Shown here: positions 45,671 to 55,843 of the stretch, in pieces
How the letters are laid out: every line of letters begins with the position of its first letter
Position numbering within the stretch: position 1 is the first letter of the stretch
Origin: Candidatus Shapirobacteria bacterium
GTDB lineage: Bacteria; Patescibacteriota; Microgenomatia; 0-14-0-10-38-17
Direction: 5' to 3'
Length of the DNA stretch: 64,000 nucleotides
Assembly: GCA_018052565.1 (NCBI GenBank)
Contig: JAGPNC010000003.1
Location: 587-64,586, forward strand
The notes under the pieces: model-generated
Seen by the model: the letters and a program-made list of their open reading frames with translations, nothing else
The model's database searches: none
What the model was told of the DNA's origin: nothing
Translations under genes and position numbers: made by a program

Positions 45671-47452
45671 GTGATGAGCCAGGTCGATGAAGTCTTAGCA
45701 AAAACGGATATTGTGGAATTAATTGGTGGCTATTTGCCTTTAAAAAAAGCGGGTCGTAATTTTAAAGCTCTTTGCCCCTTCCATACCGAGAAAACGCCCT
45801 CTTTTATTGTTTCTCCCGAACGGCAGATTTTTAAATGCTTTGGTTGCCAAACTGGGGGAAACGCTGTTAAGTTTTTAATGGAATACGAAAAGATGGATTT
45901 TGGGGAAGCGCTGCGGTTTTTGGCCAAAAGGGCAGGGATTACTCTGAAGTCTTATCAGCCCGGTCCGGAAGAAGCCAAACGAGAGCGCCTTTTACAACTT
46001 AACCATCTGACGGCTGAGCTTTATCACTTTTTGCTCTTGGAGCATCGCGCCGGCGAGCCCGGGCGGCAATATTTGGCAGGGAGGGGAATTAAGAGAGAAA
46101 CAATTGAGGAGTTTAATCTTGGTTATGCCCCACCCCATCGTCAGCTATTGGCAGAATTTTTGGTCAAGAAGAAGGGGTTTAGCCGGGAAGAGCTGGAGCT
46201 TTCGGGTTTGGTTTTTAAAGGAAGAAATGGACAATTGGAGGACCGCTTTTTTGAAAGATTAATGTTTCCTCTGACTGATCAGCGGGGGAACGTTTTGGGT
46301 TTTTCCGGCCGGTTAATTTTTCCCCAAGAAGGGGCGGGAAAATATATTAACACTCCGGAAACGTTGCTTTACCACAAGAGCCAGATGCTTTTCGGTTTAG
46401 CGCAGGCAAAGGAAGCCATCAGGCGGGAGAAGAAGGTTTTGGTAGTGGAAGGAGAATTTGACATGATTTCTCCCTATCAGGCGGGGATAAAAAATGTGGT
46501 GGCGATTAAGGGAAGCGCGTTAACCGAAGAGCAGGTGAAACTTTTACATCGCTTTAGCGAGGAGGCTCTTTTGGCCTTGGATGAGGATAGCGCCGGCGAT
46601 GCCGCTACCCGGCGGGGAATTCAGGTGGCCCTTAACGAAGGCTTGAATGTTTTGGTGGTTTCGCTTTCAGGAAAATATAAGGACCCTGACGAGGCGGTGC
46701 GAGCCGATTTGAATTTTTTTAAACAAAGAATGGCGGCGGCGGTGCCTGTTTTTGACTTTTATCTTGCTTCCGCCCTGAAACGTTTTGACATCAACGCGGC
46801 TTGGGGCAAGAAACAGGCGGTGGAGGATTTAGTGCCTACTCTTTCCGGTATCGAAGATGAGGTTTTGCTCTCTTCTTATGTTAAACAAATTGCTTCGGCT
46901 TTGAAAATTGACGAGGAGGCGATTTTGGCTAAAATTGCTAAGGCAAGAAAGACATCTTTGGAAGATAATTTTAGGAGAAGAGATGAGCCGGTTTTAATAG
47001 AGAAAAAAGAAAGTCGGCAGGAAGTGCTGGCCCGCTATCTTTTTGCTCTTTGTTTCCAGACTCATCAGGAGGAGGCGCTTTTAACGCCCGGCCTTGAAGA
47101 GTGGCTCGATAATCCCGGCTACCGGCGTTTCGTTGCCGCCCTAGAAAAATTCCTGGCAAAAGAGAAAAAATTTTCCTCCTTTGACTTTAGCCAAAAGCTG
47201 GCACCGGAATTGAAAGAAATTTTTGACGAGTTTTACTTGGTTCCTTTGCCGGAAAAATTAGACCAGCCGGAAGAGCAGGAAAAGGAGATTAGGCGTGTAC
47301 TAAACGAGCTGAGACAGCTTTACCTAAAGAAACAATTGGGGAAGCTTACCGAGGAATTGGAGGCAAGAGAAAAGGCGGGCGAGAAAGAAGCCCTACCTAA
47401 TCTTGAGGAGAAGATCAATCAAGTCCTGAAAGAGCTGAAAAGAGCAGGGTGA
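45671..47452 (+). CDS. dnaG: DNA primase
   Basis: CHC2 zinc finger (CPFHTEKTPSF) and TOPRIM EGEFD. Located upstream of rpoD. Confidence 0.85.
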   Translation: MMSQVDEVLAKTDIVELIGGYLPLKKAGRNFKALCPFHTEKTPSFIVSPERQIFKCFGCQTGGNAVKFLMEYEKMDFGEALRFLAKRAGITLKSYQPGPEEAKRERLLQLNHLTAELYHFLLLEHRAGEPGRQYLAGRGIKRETIEEFNLGYAPPHRQLLAEFLVKKKGFSREELELSGLVFKGRNGQLEDRFFERLMFPLTDQRGNVLGFSGRLIFPQEGAGKYINTPETLLYHKSQMLFGLAQAKEAIRREKKVLVVEGEFDMISPYQAGIKNVVAIKGSALTEEQVKLLHRFSEEALLALDEDSAGDAATRRGIQVALNEGLNVLVVSLSGKYKDPDEAVRADLNFFKQRMAAAVPVFDFYLASALKRFDINAAWGKKQAVEDLVPTLSGIEDEVLLSSYVKQIASALKIDEEAILAKIAKARKTSLEDNFRRRDEPVLIEKKESRQEVLARYLFALCFQTHQEEALLTPGLEEWLDNPGYRRFVAALEKFLAKEKKFSSFDFSQKLAPELKEIFDEFYLVPLPEKLDQPEEQEKEIRRVLNELRQLYLKKQLGKLTEELEAREKAGEKEALPNLEEKINQVLKELKRAG

Positions 47453-47804
47453 AGAGGTATAATAAAAAAGTATCAATTATCATATATTAGATATTAAGTA
47501 TAAAAATTACAGAAGATAAAAAGAAACTGCCCCTAACCTGTCATCCTGATGAAAATCAGGATCTATCTACAGCAAGGAAATTCCAAATTACAAACAATTT
47601 CTAATAACCAAAATCCTAAATTCAAAATAAAAAGAGAAGGCGGACAATGCGAGTAGCGTTTCTTGTTTAGAAAATTTAGAAATTGGAATTTAGAATTTGT
47701 TTGCGATTTGCCTCCCTGCGGGAGGTCTCTTGTAGGGAGATTATTTGGGGCTTGGAATTTTCTTGCCGTAACAACTCGGTGATAGAGCAATTTACCCGCT
47801 AACG

Positions 47805-48929
47805 ATGGCTAAAAATTTAGACAAAACTAAAACCAGCATCCCCTCTCCGGTTAAAAATGTTCTTTCGCCGGCGGCGAAAGATTTATTAGCGCGGGGAAAA
47901 GAAGAAGGGTTTTTAACCCAAGATGATGTCTTGGTTGTCTTTCCTGATGCTGAAAACCGCCTGGAAGAATTGGATGAATTTTATGATCAGACTCAAAAAA
48001 GAGGCATTGATATTTTTGAGTCGATTGATCTTGAAGAGGCAAAAGAGGAGGATTTTGAAAAATTAAGCCGCCAGATTGAAGAGCTGACCATTCAACAAAA
48101 CGAGCCCTTGGATCCGGTCCGCAATTATTTGCGGGAAATTGGGCGGGTGCCGTTGCTTAAGCCGGATGAGGAGCTTAAACTGGCTGAAGAAGTCGCTGGC
48201 GGCTCTAAAAAAGCGAAAGAGAAGCTGATTGAGGCAAATCTGCGACTGGTGGTTTCCATTGCCAAGCGTTATATTGGCCGGGGCCTGCCATTTTTAGATT
48301 TAATTCAGGAAGGAAACAAAGGCTTGATTCGGGCGACAGAGAAATATGACTATCAGCGAGGCTTTAAATTTTCTACCTATGCCACCTGGTGGATTAGGCA
48401 GGCAATCACCCGGGCCATTGCCGATCAGGCGCGGACCATTCGCATTCCGGTGCATATGGTGGAGACGATCAACAAGGTTTACCGCGCCTCGCGTCAACTA
48501 ACGCAGAAGTTGGGCTATGAACCGAGCGCGGCAGAAATTGCCCAAGAGCTTGGTGCCCCCGTTTCTAAAGTAAAGACGGTTTTTAAGATTTCCCAGGGGA
48601 CGGCTTCGCTTCAGGCGCCGGTGGGCGAAGACGGCGATTCGGTTTTGGGAGATTTTATTGAGGATTCGGTCCAGCTTTCTCCCTACGAGGAGGCCTCGCG
48701 GGAGCTTTTAAAAGAAAACATTGACGAGGTGCTTTCCTCCTTAACTGATCGAGAGGCCAAGGTTTTGCGCATGAGATTTTCTCTTGACGGCGATCAGCCC
48801 CACACTTTGGAGGAGGTCGGTCGCCACTTTGGCGTTACCCGCGAACGAATTCGCCAAATTGAAGCCAAGGCCTTGCGTAAACTAAAACACCCCTCCCGCC
48901 GCCACAAACTGGAAGACTACTTGGGCTGA
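47805..48929 (+). CDS. rpoD: RNA polymerase sigma-70 factor
   Basis: Region 2 ([33 protein letters not shown]) and the region 4 HTH. Confidence 0.9.
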   Translation: MAKNLDKTKTSIPSPVKNVLSPAAKDLLARGKEEGFLTQDDVLVVFPDAENRLEELDEFYDQTQKRGIDIFESIDLEEAKEEDFEKLSRQIEELTIQQNEPLDPVRNYLREIGRVPLLKPDEELKLAEEVAGGSKKAKEKLIEANLRLVVSIAKRYIGRGLPFLDLIQEGNKGLIRATEKYDYQRGFKFSTYATWWIRQAITRAIADQARTIRIPVHMVETINKVYRASRQLTQKLGYEPSAAEIAQELGAPVSKVKTVFKISQGTASLQAPVGEDGDSVLGDFIEDSVQLSPYEEASRELLKENIDEVLSSLTDREAKVLRMRFSLDGDQPHTLEEVGRHFGVTRERIRQIEAKALRKLKHPSRRHKLEDYLG

Positions 48930-49113
48930 TGATTAAAGCCACCAAGCCAAGAGAGTAAAAAATTGAGGAAAGAGCCACCTTTGGCCGGTGCCTTGCCGAA
49001 AGGAGTATTAAGTATAAAAAACTCAAAAGCAAAACAGGCTTCTGACAAATAGGCTCCTATTCTTCTAAATAGTTGCCATCCTGAGCTAAAAATTGTTATA
49101 ATCAGAATATTAT

Positions 49114-49186
49114 TCCTCGGTAGCTCAGTTGGTAGAGCGTCCGCCTGTTAAGCGGCTGGTCGGAGGTTCGAGTCCTCCCCGAGGAG
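49114..49186 (+). tRNA. tRNA-Asn (anticodon GUU)
   Basis: UCCUCGGUAGCUCAGUUGGUAGAGC…CUGUUAA…GGUUCGAGUCCUCC…CCGAGGAG. The cloverleaf folds by hand. Confidence 0.85.
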
Positions 49187-49406
49187 CCCGCATAGGCGTG
49201 GAGGTTAAGAATTCCTTCCGGAACTACTGCGGATTTCCGCAACAAATCCCCCGCGAGGCTTCTGAAGCAAAATAGGTGGAAAACTATGCCACCCCAGGCA
49301 CGAAAGCCCCGACAGGTCAACACAGGCGATTACGGAGGTTAACTCTGCTACCAAGCGCGAAAAAGACGAGTATAATTTTTTTATGAATGTGTTATGCTTA
49401 TAATAT

Positions 49407-52154
49407 ATGACCGATTCAGAGCCGATACCTGGAGCTGTCTCGGGAGGGATTGAATCACCTCAGCCAGTTTCAGCGGCTCCAGAAACTACCAATCAACTAA
49501 GGCCGTTAGTCAGAGAATACGAAACCAGAGCGCGGGAACTTCCAATAAAGCCAGTTCAGAATGGTGATTGGTTGGTTATAGACGGCGTAGAGTATTTCCG
49601 GCTTGGAGGCGAAAAAGGCATTTTCCCAGCCAGCACCGACGAAGCAACTTTCCCGACACGACTAAGCCAAGTTGGAACTTACGACTCAAACAACGATACT
49701 TTGGCTTTTGTCGATGGACAAGGCGTAATGCGAATAGGTCATCTCACAGAAGAAAACCTTGCTGCCTTAGAAAAAGCTGGTTACAGACGAGGAGAAATTT
49801 GGGTGCCATTCTCAAACGGCGAAAATCCCACTGACCCTACCTTGAAACGGCGATATCTTGAATTAAGAGAAAAAGGGCGAGAAGCCAACAAGCAGAGAAA
49901 TATTAGGGAACATCTTAAGATTTACGGCGATATTGCTGAGAGAAGAGGAATAAAACCTGTCAAGGGCGGCTTGTTTATGATGGTTGATGGCGTTGAATAT
50001 CGATATTTAGGCAACGAAACTGGTCGGGTGGATCTAAACACGGATGGTGATAATATGGCAATTAGTCGTGTAGATCAGGTTGGTACTTATGATAGTAATA
50101 ACGGCATAATAGCCTTTGTTGACGGGCAAGGAAAGATGTGGGTTGGCGCCTCAACTGCCGAGAACTGGAGAGCATTAATACAAGCTGGATATAAGAGTGG
50201 TGGCATCTGGGTGCCGTTTTCTAATGGCGAAATGCCTACAAATAGAGCCACCTACGAACAACTTAGAGATGTTTTAACAGGTAAACCTGCGGAACAGCTA
50301 ATAGCAGAGAGAACGGCAAGAGTAGAAGAAATTATCTCCGAAAGGCGTAGGCTTTTTGGTGATACTGCCGTTATACCAGACAAAGATGCTTTGTATATCA
50401 AGGTAGCAGATAGAGCAGAAGGAGATTATGTCGATATAGAAGGACTTGTTCGGGAGAGACTCCGTCCCAAAGTGGAACGAGACAACGCTGGTTTTGAGAG
50501 AAAAGTCTTTACCCTTAATGGGGTTACCTTCTCTTTCAAGGGGCGTGAAGAGTTGCCTATCTATGCAACCCTGACGAGTTCGAGAAGCATTTTTTTAGGT
50601 GAAGCTCCGAACTGGGTAGAGCCAGAAGACTTTCAGAAATATCAAGAGCAGTTACGATTAACCCAAACCCAAAAGAGTGCGCCCGAACACTTTGTTGTAA
50701 ATAAAACGCTAATGGGGGTTGTCGAACTGGCTATTAAATTGGGTAGCAAGGATACTACTTTGTCGCAGCTAAGAGAAGAGCTTGCTGAGGGAGTTTATAG
50801 CCCTCGTTCTTTATTACTTATAGATGCCTTATTTGCATTGAATTATGTTGATTTCACTGGTTTCGGTAGTAAACCAAGCAGTAACGCAGAAGCTGTTGTC
50901 TTGTTATCTTTATTGGGTGATCCTCAGGCACAGAGCGCAGTATCCGAAGCAGTCGAAACGCTCAGAAGACACGAGCGATCTAAACAAGTAAGGGAAGAAA
51001 GGGCCAAAAGTAGTGGAGAATCACTTAGGCCTCAAGATCTTTGTGTTGTACACGCAACAAGGTATGAGCCAGAGAGCACAGAAGATGGTGAGTTCTTAGT
51101 CAAAACAACTTTTGATGCAACCGGAGGAAAAGTCTTGCGCAATACTGTCCACACCGCTTTAAACCATAAAGTTGCTGGGCATATGTATGGTTCTTGGGCA
51201 GATGCTGGTTATGTAGTTATCTCTCCTTTCGAAAGCATGATAAGAAAGAATGGTGTGCCGACAGTATTAAATACTGTCGATACTTATTGGGCGACAAACC
51301 CGGGAGAGCCTTTAATCTTTGCCGATGGCACGCTTGTTGCCCCAGGCGGTGGAGAAATTGAGGGTTTATTTGAAGAGGAAGGAAATATTGTAAAATTCAA
51401 ATCAGAAGGTTTGGATGTACAGGATTTGGTTTCCCTCTCAGAATATGCCCGGAGAAACGGTTACCTTTATGATTTTTCGAGAAGTATTGACTTAGCAGTG
51501 AGCGGGGCGTTGCATCCTTATGGTTCTGCGATGGAATTAGGAGAACAATGGGATTTTGCGGTAACGCAGAAAGCCATAAATCAATTTCTTTATCACGATG
51601 ATAATAACTGGGGACATCAACCAGCTTTGTTGGGTTTTATAACTGCTGAAACTGAAGGTCAAGCACCAACAGATATCGAAACAAGACTAAAAAATCTCAT
51701 TTTAGATTCTGGAGCCGTCAGCGGCTTAAGGCCTGAAGTTCAGGATAGAGAAATGGCTATAGCCACCCTGGCTAAGACATTGGCTGACAAAATTAGATTA
51801 GCCATGTTTATGGAAATAAACGAGTTAACGGTGAGAGAAGTAATAAGGAAAAGAGGCTTTGCTGTCAAACCAGGCGGTATGTGGGCGTGGGGTGATAGCT
51901 GGTCTGTAACCAGGCAAACTGAATTATTAGGTGAAGAACTTGGCGTCCCGGTCGGCGCTCATAGATACATGGTAGACCATGAACTTACCGAGAGATTTAT
52001 GGTTGCTGTCCATCGAGCTACTGAAGGTGAGCAAGGAAAAAGTAGGTTTAACTGGACAAAATTTGAGGCCGAATTCGATGACTTAGTTCCCTTGATAGAT
52101 CAGAAATCTCGCAGGGTTCTTTATGCCTCTGGTTTGTTAATCGCGAGGGGATAA
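49407..52154 (+). CDS. large hypothetical protein with two tandem ~120-aa internal repeats
   Basis: The repeats are VDGVEY..LG…GTYDSNN..AFVDGQG.M..G..TEENL.AL..AGY..GEIWVPFSNGE.PT (twice). GC content is higher than in neighbouring loci. Confidence 0.5.
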   Translation: MTDSEPIPGAVSGGIESPQPVSAAPETTNQLRPLVREYETRARELPIKPVQNGDWLVIDGVEYFRLGGEKGIFPASTDEATFPTRLSQVGTYDSNNDTLAFVDGQGVMRIGHLTEENLAALEKAGYRRGEIWVPFSNGENPTDPTLKRRYLELREKGREANKQRNIREHLKIYGDIAERRGIKPVKGGLFMMVDGVEYRYLGNETGRVDLNTDGDNMAISRVDQVGTYDSNNGIIAFVDGQGKMWVGASTAENWRALIQAGYKSGGIWVPFSNGEMPTNRATYEQLRDVLTGKPAEQLIAERTARVEEIISERRRLFGDTAVIPDKDALYIKVADRAEGDYVDIEGLVRERLRPKVERDNAGFERKVFTLNGVTFSFKGREELPIYATLTSSRSIFLGEAPNWVEPEDFQKYQEQLRLTQTQKSAPEHFVVNKTLMGVVELAIKLGSKDTTLSQLREELAEGVYSPRSLLLIDALFALNYVDFTGFGSKPSSNAEAVVLLSLLGDPQAQSAVSEAVETLRRHERSKQVREERAKSSGESLRPQDLCVVHATRYEPESTEDGEFLVKTTFDATGGKVLRNTVHTALNHKVAGHMYGSWADAGYVVISPFESMIRKNGVPTVLNTVDTYWATNPGEPLIFADGTLVAPGGGEIEGLFEEEGNIVKFKSEGLDVQDLVSLSEYARRNGYLYDFSRSIDLAVSGALHPYGSAMELGEQWDFAVTQKAINQFLYHDDNNWGHQPALLGFITAETEGQAPTDIETRLKNLILDSGAVSGLRPEVQDREMAIATLAKTLADKIRLAMFMEINELTVREVIRKRGFAVKPGGMWAWGDSWSVTRQTELLGEELGVPVGAHRYMVDHELTERFMVAVHRATEGEQGKSRFNWTKFEAEFDDLVPLIDQKSRRVLYASGLLIARG

Positions 52155-52323
52155 AAATAAGCGATTGGCTGATTGTTGAACCTTGCCGATAAAAATTTCT
52201 CTGTTCCTTGTCAACTCAGTTCCGGGTAATCGGTTTTATTTAGCCAATTGTGCCTTCGATAGGGGGCTCGTGGTGTGAGCTATAAGTGTCTTTATCTTAT
52301 TTTTTAAAGTCTTTTGAAATAAA

Positions 52324-52584
52324 ATGAAAATTGAAAAGAAGGTTTGGCCAAAGTATTTTCAGGCAATTTTAGATGGCGAGAAAACTTTTGAGCTAAGGCT
52401 TGCTGACTTTAAATGCGGCCCTGGGGATATATTAGTGCTAAGGGAATGGAACCCTGATACCAGGCAATACACCGGTCGTAAACTCAAGAAAAGAATCACT
52501 TATGTAAGTAAAACTAAAGAGTGTCGTTTCTGGCCCCAAGAAGAAATTGAAAAATATGGCTACCAGGTAATTGGGTTTAAGTAA
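52324..52584 (+). CDS. DUF3850/ASCH-like (PUA-fold) small protein
   Basis: KVWPKYFQAILDGEKTFELRLADFKCGPGDILVLREW matches the DUF3850 pattern. Confidence 0.55.
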   Translation: MKIEKKVWPKYFQAILDGEKTFELRLADFKCGPGDILVLREWNPDTRQYTGRKLKKRITYVSKTKECRFWPQEEIEKYGYQVIGFK

Positions 52585-52826
52585 AATAAATCGGCTAGTT
52601 ATCTCCTTCGGTAAATAAACGCTTTATTCTTAGAAAAATTATCGCTTGGTCTGTTTGCGGTCGCATCTTAATGCTCTCCAAGAATTTAATGACGGCAAAC
52701 TGATTATGGTTATGTTAAAATTTGATTATTATTGAGTCATAAGTTTTTCTGACGCTATAAGCCAAGCGGGGCTTTTGCCTCTTTTGACTTAGGGCCCAAA
52801 AATAAAATAATTTTTTTAAAAAGCAT

Positions 52827-53261
52827 ATGTGTCCTGTTTGTACAGTTGGCGTGGCGGCGGGATTAGGCCTGTCGCGCTGGCTTAAAGTTGACGATGCCAT
52901 CTCCGGCCTTTGGATTGGGGCTTTGATTTTGGCCTTAGCCATTTGGTTTTGGCGATGGCTTTATAACAAGAAATCCCAGAAGTCATTTAGCGCCCTATTG
53001 CTTTTGGTGGTTTCTTTTTGGCTTTTAACCTTCCTTCCCTTAAATTATGCCGGTATTCTTGAGAATTGCCGCTCTCTTTGGGGAATGAACCGCTTAATTT
53101 TAAGCTCCATTATTGGTATGTTGGCGGCGCTCTTGGGCATTTTTCTGGATAAGGATCTGAGAGCCGGCAGGAAGGGAAAGGCGGCCTTCCCGTACCAAAA
53201 GGTAATTTTGCCTCTTGCCCTTCTTATTCTTGCCAGCCTGATAATGGCGTTAGTTTCCTAA
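52827..53261 (+). CDS. integral membrane protein
   Basis: A 144-aa ORF with 4 TM helices. Confidence 0.4.
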   Translation: MCPVCTVGVAAGLGLSRWLKVDDAISGLWIGALILALAIWFWRWLYNKKSQKSFSALLLLVVSFWLLTFLPLNYAGILENCRSLWGMNRLILSSIIGMLAALLGIFLDKDLRAGRKGKAAFPYQKVILPLALLILASLIMALVS

Positions 53262-53268
53262 TTAAATC

Positions 53269-53790
53269 ATGGATCAAGAAGAAATTTTAAAAAAAGTTAA
53301 AAATTTTAAAGAAAGTGACAAGGTTGATCTTTCCTCAAAAGAGGACTTGGCCGTGGCGGTGATGAATCTTATCAGCATCGAAGAGCATCTCTTTTTTACC
53401 TACAATAAAACCGGCGGCAAGAAATATCTAAGCTTATTAAACGAGATCAGGGATTTGCGGAAAAAATACCTCGCCCAAATTGTTAAAAACCCCCAAGGAG
53501 AGCTTTGGTGTATTTCCAAGCACCTGCTGAGCGCCTCGATGAGGTTAATGGAGGTGGGCACCAAGAAATTAAACGAGGGCAAGGAAAAAGAAACCAAGGA
53601 TCTTTTTGAAAAAAGTTATGACCTTTGGAACATTTTTTGGGGCCTTAACTTAGGGCTAATTGAGGTAAAAGATGTCCAGGCCGAAGAGGACGAGAAAGAA
53701 GAGATTAGGCTTGGGAAAGGCAAGAAAGTTTCCGTTTTTGCCAAACTGGGAGACGTTATCCAGAAAGTCTTGGATTGCTGCCGAGAGTAA
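53269..53790 (+). CDS. hypothetical protein
   Basis: A 173-aa ORF, 8 nt downstream of the previous gene. Confidence 0.4.
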   Translation: MDQEEILKKVKNFKESDKVDLSSKEDLAVAVMNLISIEEHLFFTYNKTGGKKYLSLLNEIRDLRKKYLAQIVKNPQGELWCISKHLLSASMRLMEVGTKKLNEGKEKETKDLFEKSYDLWNIFWGLNLGLIEVKDVQAEEDEKEEIRLGKGKKVSVFAKLGDVIQKVLDCCRE

Positions 53791-53841
53791 AACAAAGTCT
53801 AAGCTGGTTCCTTTTTTTTTCTTCAATTTTAGTTTTGAGTA

Positions 53842-54258
53842 ATGAAAGATCCGGTTTGCCAGAAAGATAATTTTGGTTGCGGTGTTGCTTGCCTTGCCTT
53901 TATAACCAACAGATCTTATGAGGAGATTGTAAAAGAATTGGGCGAAGAAAAAGCCAAAAAAGAAGGTTTTTCCTGCCGTCAGCTAGTTGCCTATTTAAAA
54001 GGTTTAGGCTATCAGGCGGAATTTCATTATCTTAATCAAAAGTGGAGACAAAGAATTTATCAGGAAGGGACGATTGTTTTTTTAAAACGAAGCAAAAAAT
54101 TCCCCTTTGGCCACTATCTTGCTCGCTATCATGATTTTTGGATGGACCCTTGGCTTAATTTCTTAAAAGAAAAAAATTTAACTAAAGCCAAAGCAGGTTT
54201 TAGGAAAAGACTGCTCGGCAAGCCAATTTATGGCATTTTTTGTGGGCAAACCGCATAA
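53842..54258 (+). CDS. stand-alone papain-like (C39-like) cysteine peptidase domain protein
   Basis: CGVACLAF Cys motif and a downstream GHY His. Confidence 0.45.
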   Translation: MKDPVCQKDNFGCGVACLAFITNRSYEEIVKELGEEKAKKEGFSCRQLVAYLKGLGYQAEFHYLNQKWRQRIYQEGTIVFLKRSKKFPFGHYLARYHDFWMDPWLNFLKEKNLTKAKAGFRKRLLGKPIYGIFCGQTA

Positions 54259-54300
54259 AGTAAAAAATAATATTATCGAAAAGGTTTGTCATTCTGGTGA

Positions 54301-54324
54301 TTGAAATACTATGTAGTATTTCAA
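54301..54324. promoter_or_regulatory. palindromic operator-like motif, copy 4 (TTGAAATACTA-TG-TAGTATTTCAA)
   Basis: Perfect 11-bp arms, about 110 bp upstream of the nucleoside hydrolase gene. Confidence 0.4.
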
Positions 54325-54433
54325 TAAATAGAGAAAGACGGAGCAGCCGACATTAAATGCTCTAAAGCATTTCAGAATAAGGAAAAGTTGCTTGCTAAAA
54401 AGTAAAGACAGCCGCTTTTGATAAAATCATTTT

Positions 54434-55360
54434 ATGGTGAAAGTTCATCTTGATACCGACTTGGGAGGCGATATTGACGATCTTTGCGCTTTGGCAATGC
54501 TTTTAAAGTGGCCGAAAGTGAGAATTACAGGGATTACCACCGTGGCTGACGACAAGGGAATAAGGGCTGGCTTTGTAAAGTATGCCCTGAAATTGGCAGG
54601 GAAAAGTGATATTCCTGTTAAGGCTGGCGCCGATATTTCTTTAGGGCGTTATCGTGTTCGGCGCGGCTACCAAGACGAGAGATATTGGCCCAAGGAGGCA
54701 ATCAAAAGGGCAAAAAATCCCATTGGTGAAGCGTTGGCACTTTTAAAAAAAAGCATTGCTGAGGGGGCAATCATCATCGGCATCGGCCCGCTTACCAACC
54801 TTTATCTTCTTGGTAAGAAATATCCCGGCATTTTGCGCCAGGCGAAATTATTTTTGATGGGGGGCTATATTTATCCACCCCGAGACGGTTATCCCCGATG
54901 GGGGCAAAATTATGATTTTAATATCCAGGTGGATGTTAAAGCCGCCAAAGAGGTTTTAGAAAATTCCTGCCCTACCCTGGTGCCGCTAACGGTAACAATT
55001 GAGACATTTCTTAGGCAAGCCTATTTGGGAAAACTAAGGCAGTCAGACGATTTAAATAGACTTCTTGCTAAGCAGGCAGAAGTTTTTGCCGATGACGAGA
55101 AAATAGCGGAAAAGTATGGCAGAGTCTGTCCTAAACTCCCTGATGATATTATTAATTTTCAGCATGATCCCTTAACAACAGCGATTGCTTTAGGCTGGCA
55201 TGATGGCGTTGAGTTTAAAGGTTTGCCCTTGCGTTTTAGTATTCAGAATGGATGGTTAAAGGAGATGGTTGATAAATCAAGCCAAAAATTTTATCGGGTG
55301 GTGACGAAAATAGACGGAGAAAAATTTAGCCGCTTTTGGTTAGAAAGAGTAATCGCTTGA
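54434..55360 (+). CDS. inosine-uridine-preferring nucleoside hydrolase family protein
   Basis: N-terminal DTDLGGDIDDLCAL motif (DxDxxxDD). Confidence 0.75.
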   Translation: MVKVHLDTDLGGDIDDLCALAMLLKWPKVRITGITTVADDKGIRAGFVKYALKLAGKSDIPVKAGADISLGRYRVRRGYQDERYWPKEAIKRAKNPIGEALALLKKSIAEGAIIIGIGPLTNLYLLGKKYPGILRQAKLFLMGGYIYPPRDGYPRWGQNYDFNIQVDVKAAKEVLENSCPTLVPLTVTIETFLRQAYLGKLRQSDDLNRLLAKQAEVFADDEKIAEKYGRVCPKLPDDIINFQHDPLTTAIALGWHDGVEFKGLPLRFSIQNGWLKEMVDKSSQKFYRVVTKIDGEKFSRFWLERVIA

Positions 55361-55513
55361 TTTATAATGAAATTATTAAGGCCTTTTTTGACGGCGCCAA
55401 AAGAGGAAGCAGCGCTTTTTGGCCCCTATTTTTGAAGTGGAATTATCGGCTTGGGTTAGCCGGCTTGAAAAGCGTTTAATTAGTTTTTGTGATATAATAG
55501 GGCAATAATAATT

Positions 55514-55783
55514 ATGGAAAGGGAAAAAAGATCCTATATACCCCCCCATATCGGTGAAATACGTATTGTTGTGCAAGAAGGGTCAGGTAGTTTTCTGGTG
55601 ATTGATAAGACTACTGGTAATCAGTTTTTCCGGCCCGGCGGCACCCGCGATTGGTTTTGGTTGGCGGACGTAGGTAGAAGTCCTTTTGGTGAAGATGTAA
55701 AGTTGGGAGGTCAGGGAAAATACTATCTTAATGGTATCGTGGATACGGCAGGATTTAGCCTCAATCATCCCCCCAAGAAATAA
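55514..55783 (+). CDS. hypothetical small protein
   Basis: An 89-aa ORF with a TGTGATATAAT-like promoter upstream. Confidence 0.3.
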   Translation: MEREKRSYIPPHIGEIRIVVQEGSGSFLVIDKTTGNQFFRPGGTRDWFWLADVGRSPFGEDVKLGGQGKYYLNGIVDTAGFSLNHPPKK

Positions 55784-55843
55784 GAGCCTAAAATCTACAA
55801 GCGCGATTGACTTCGGTTTTAATTAATTTTAAAATAGAAAGTA

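Noticed and set aside
47563-47790. 75-aa minus-strand ORF in the dnaG-rpoD spacer
   Set aside because: It covers hairpin and repeat sequence (the GC core at 47707-47745). It has no coding signal and is more likely promoter or leader for rpoD.
49102-49323. 73-aa ORF on the minus strand
   Set aside because: It is antisense to tRNA-Asn and its structured downstream spacer.
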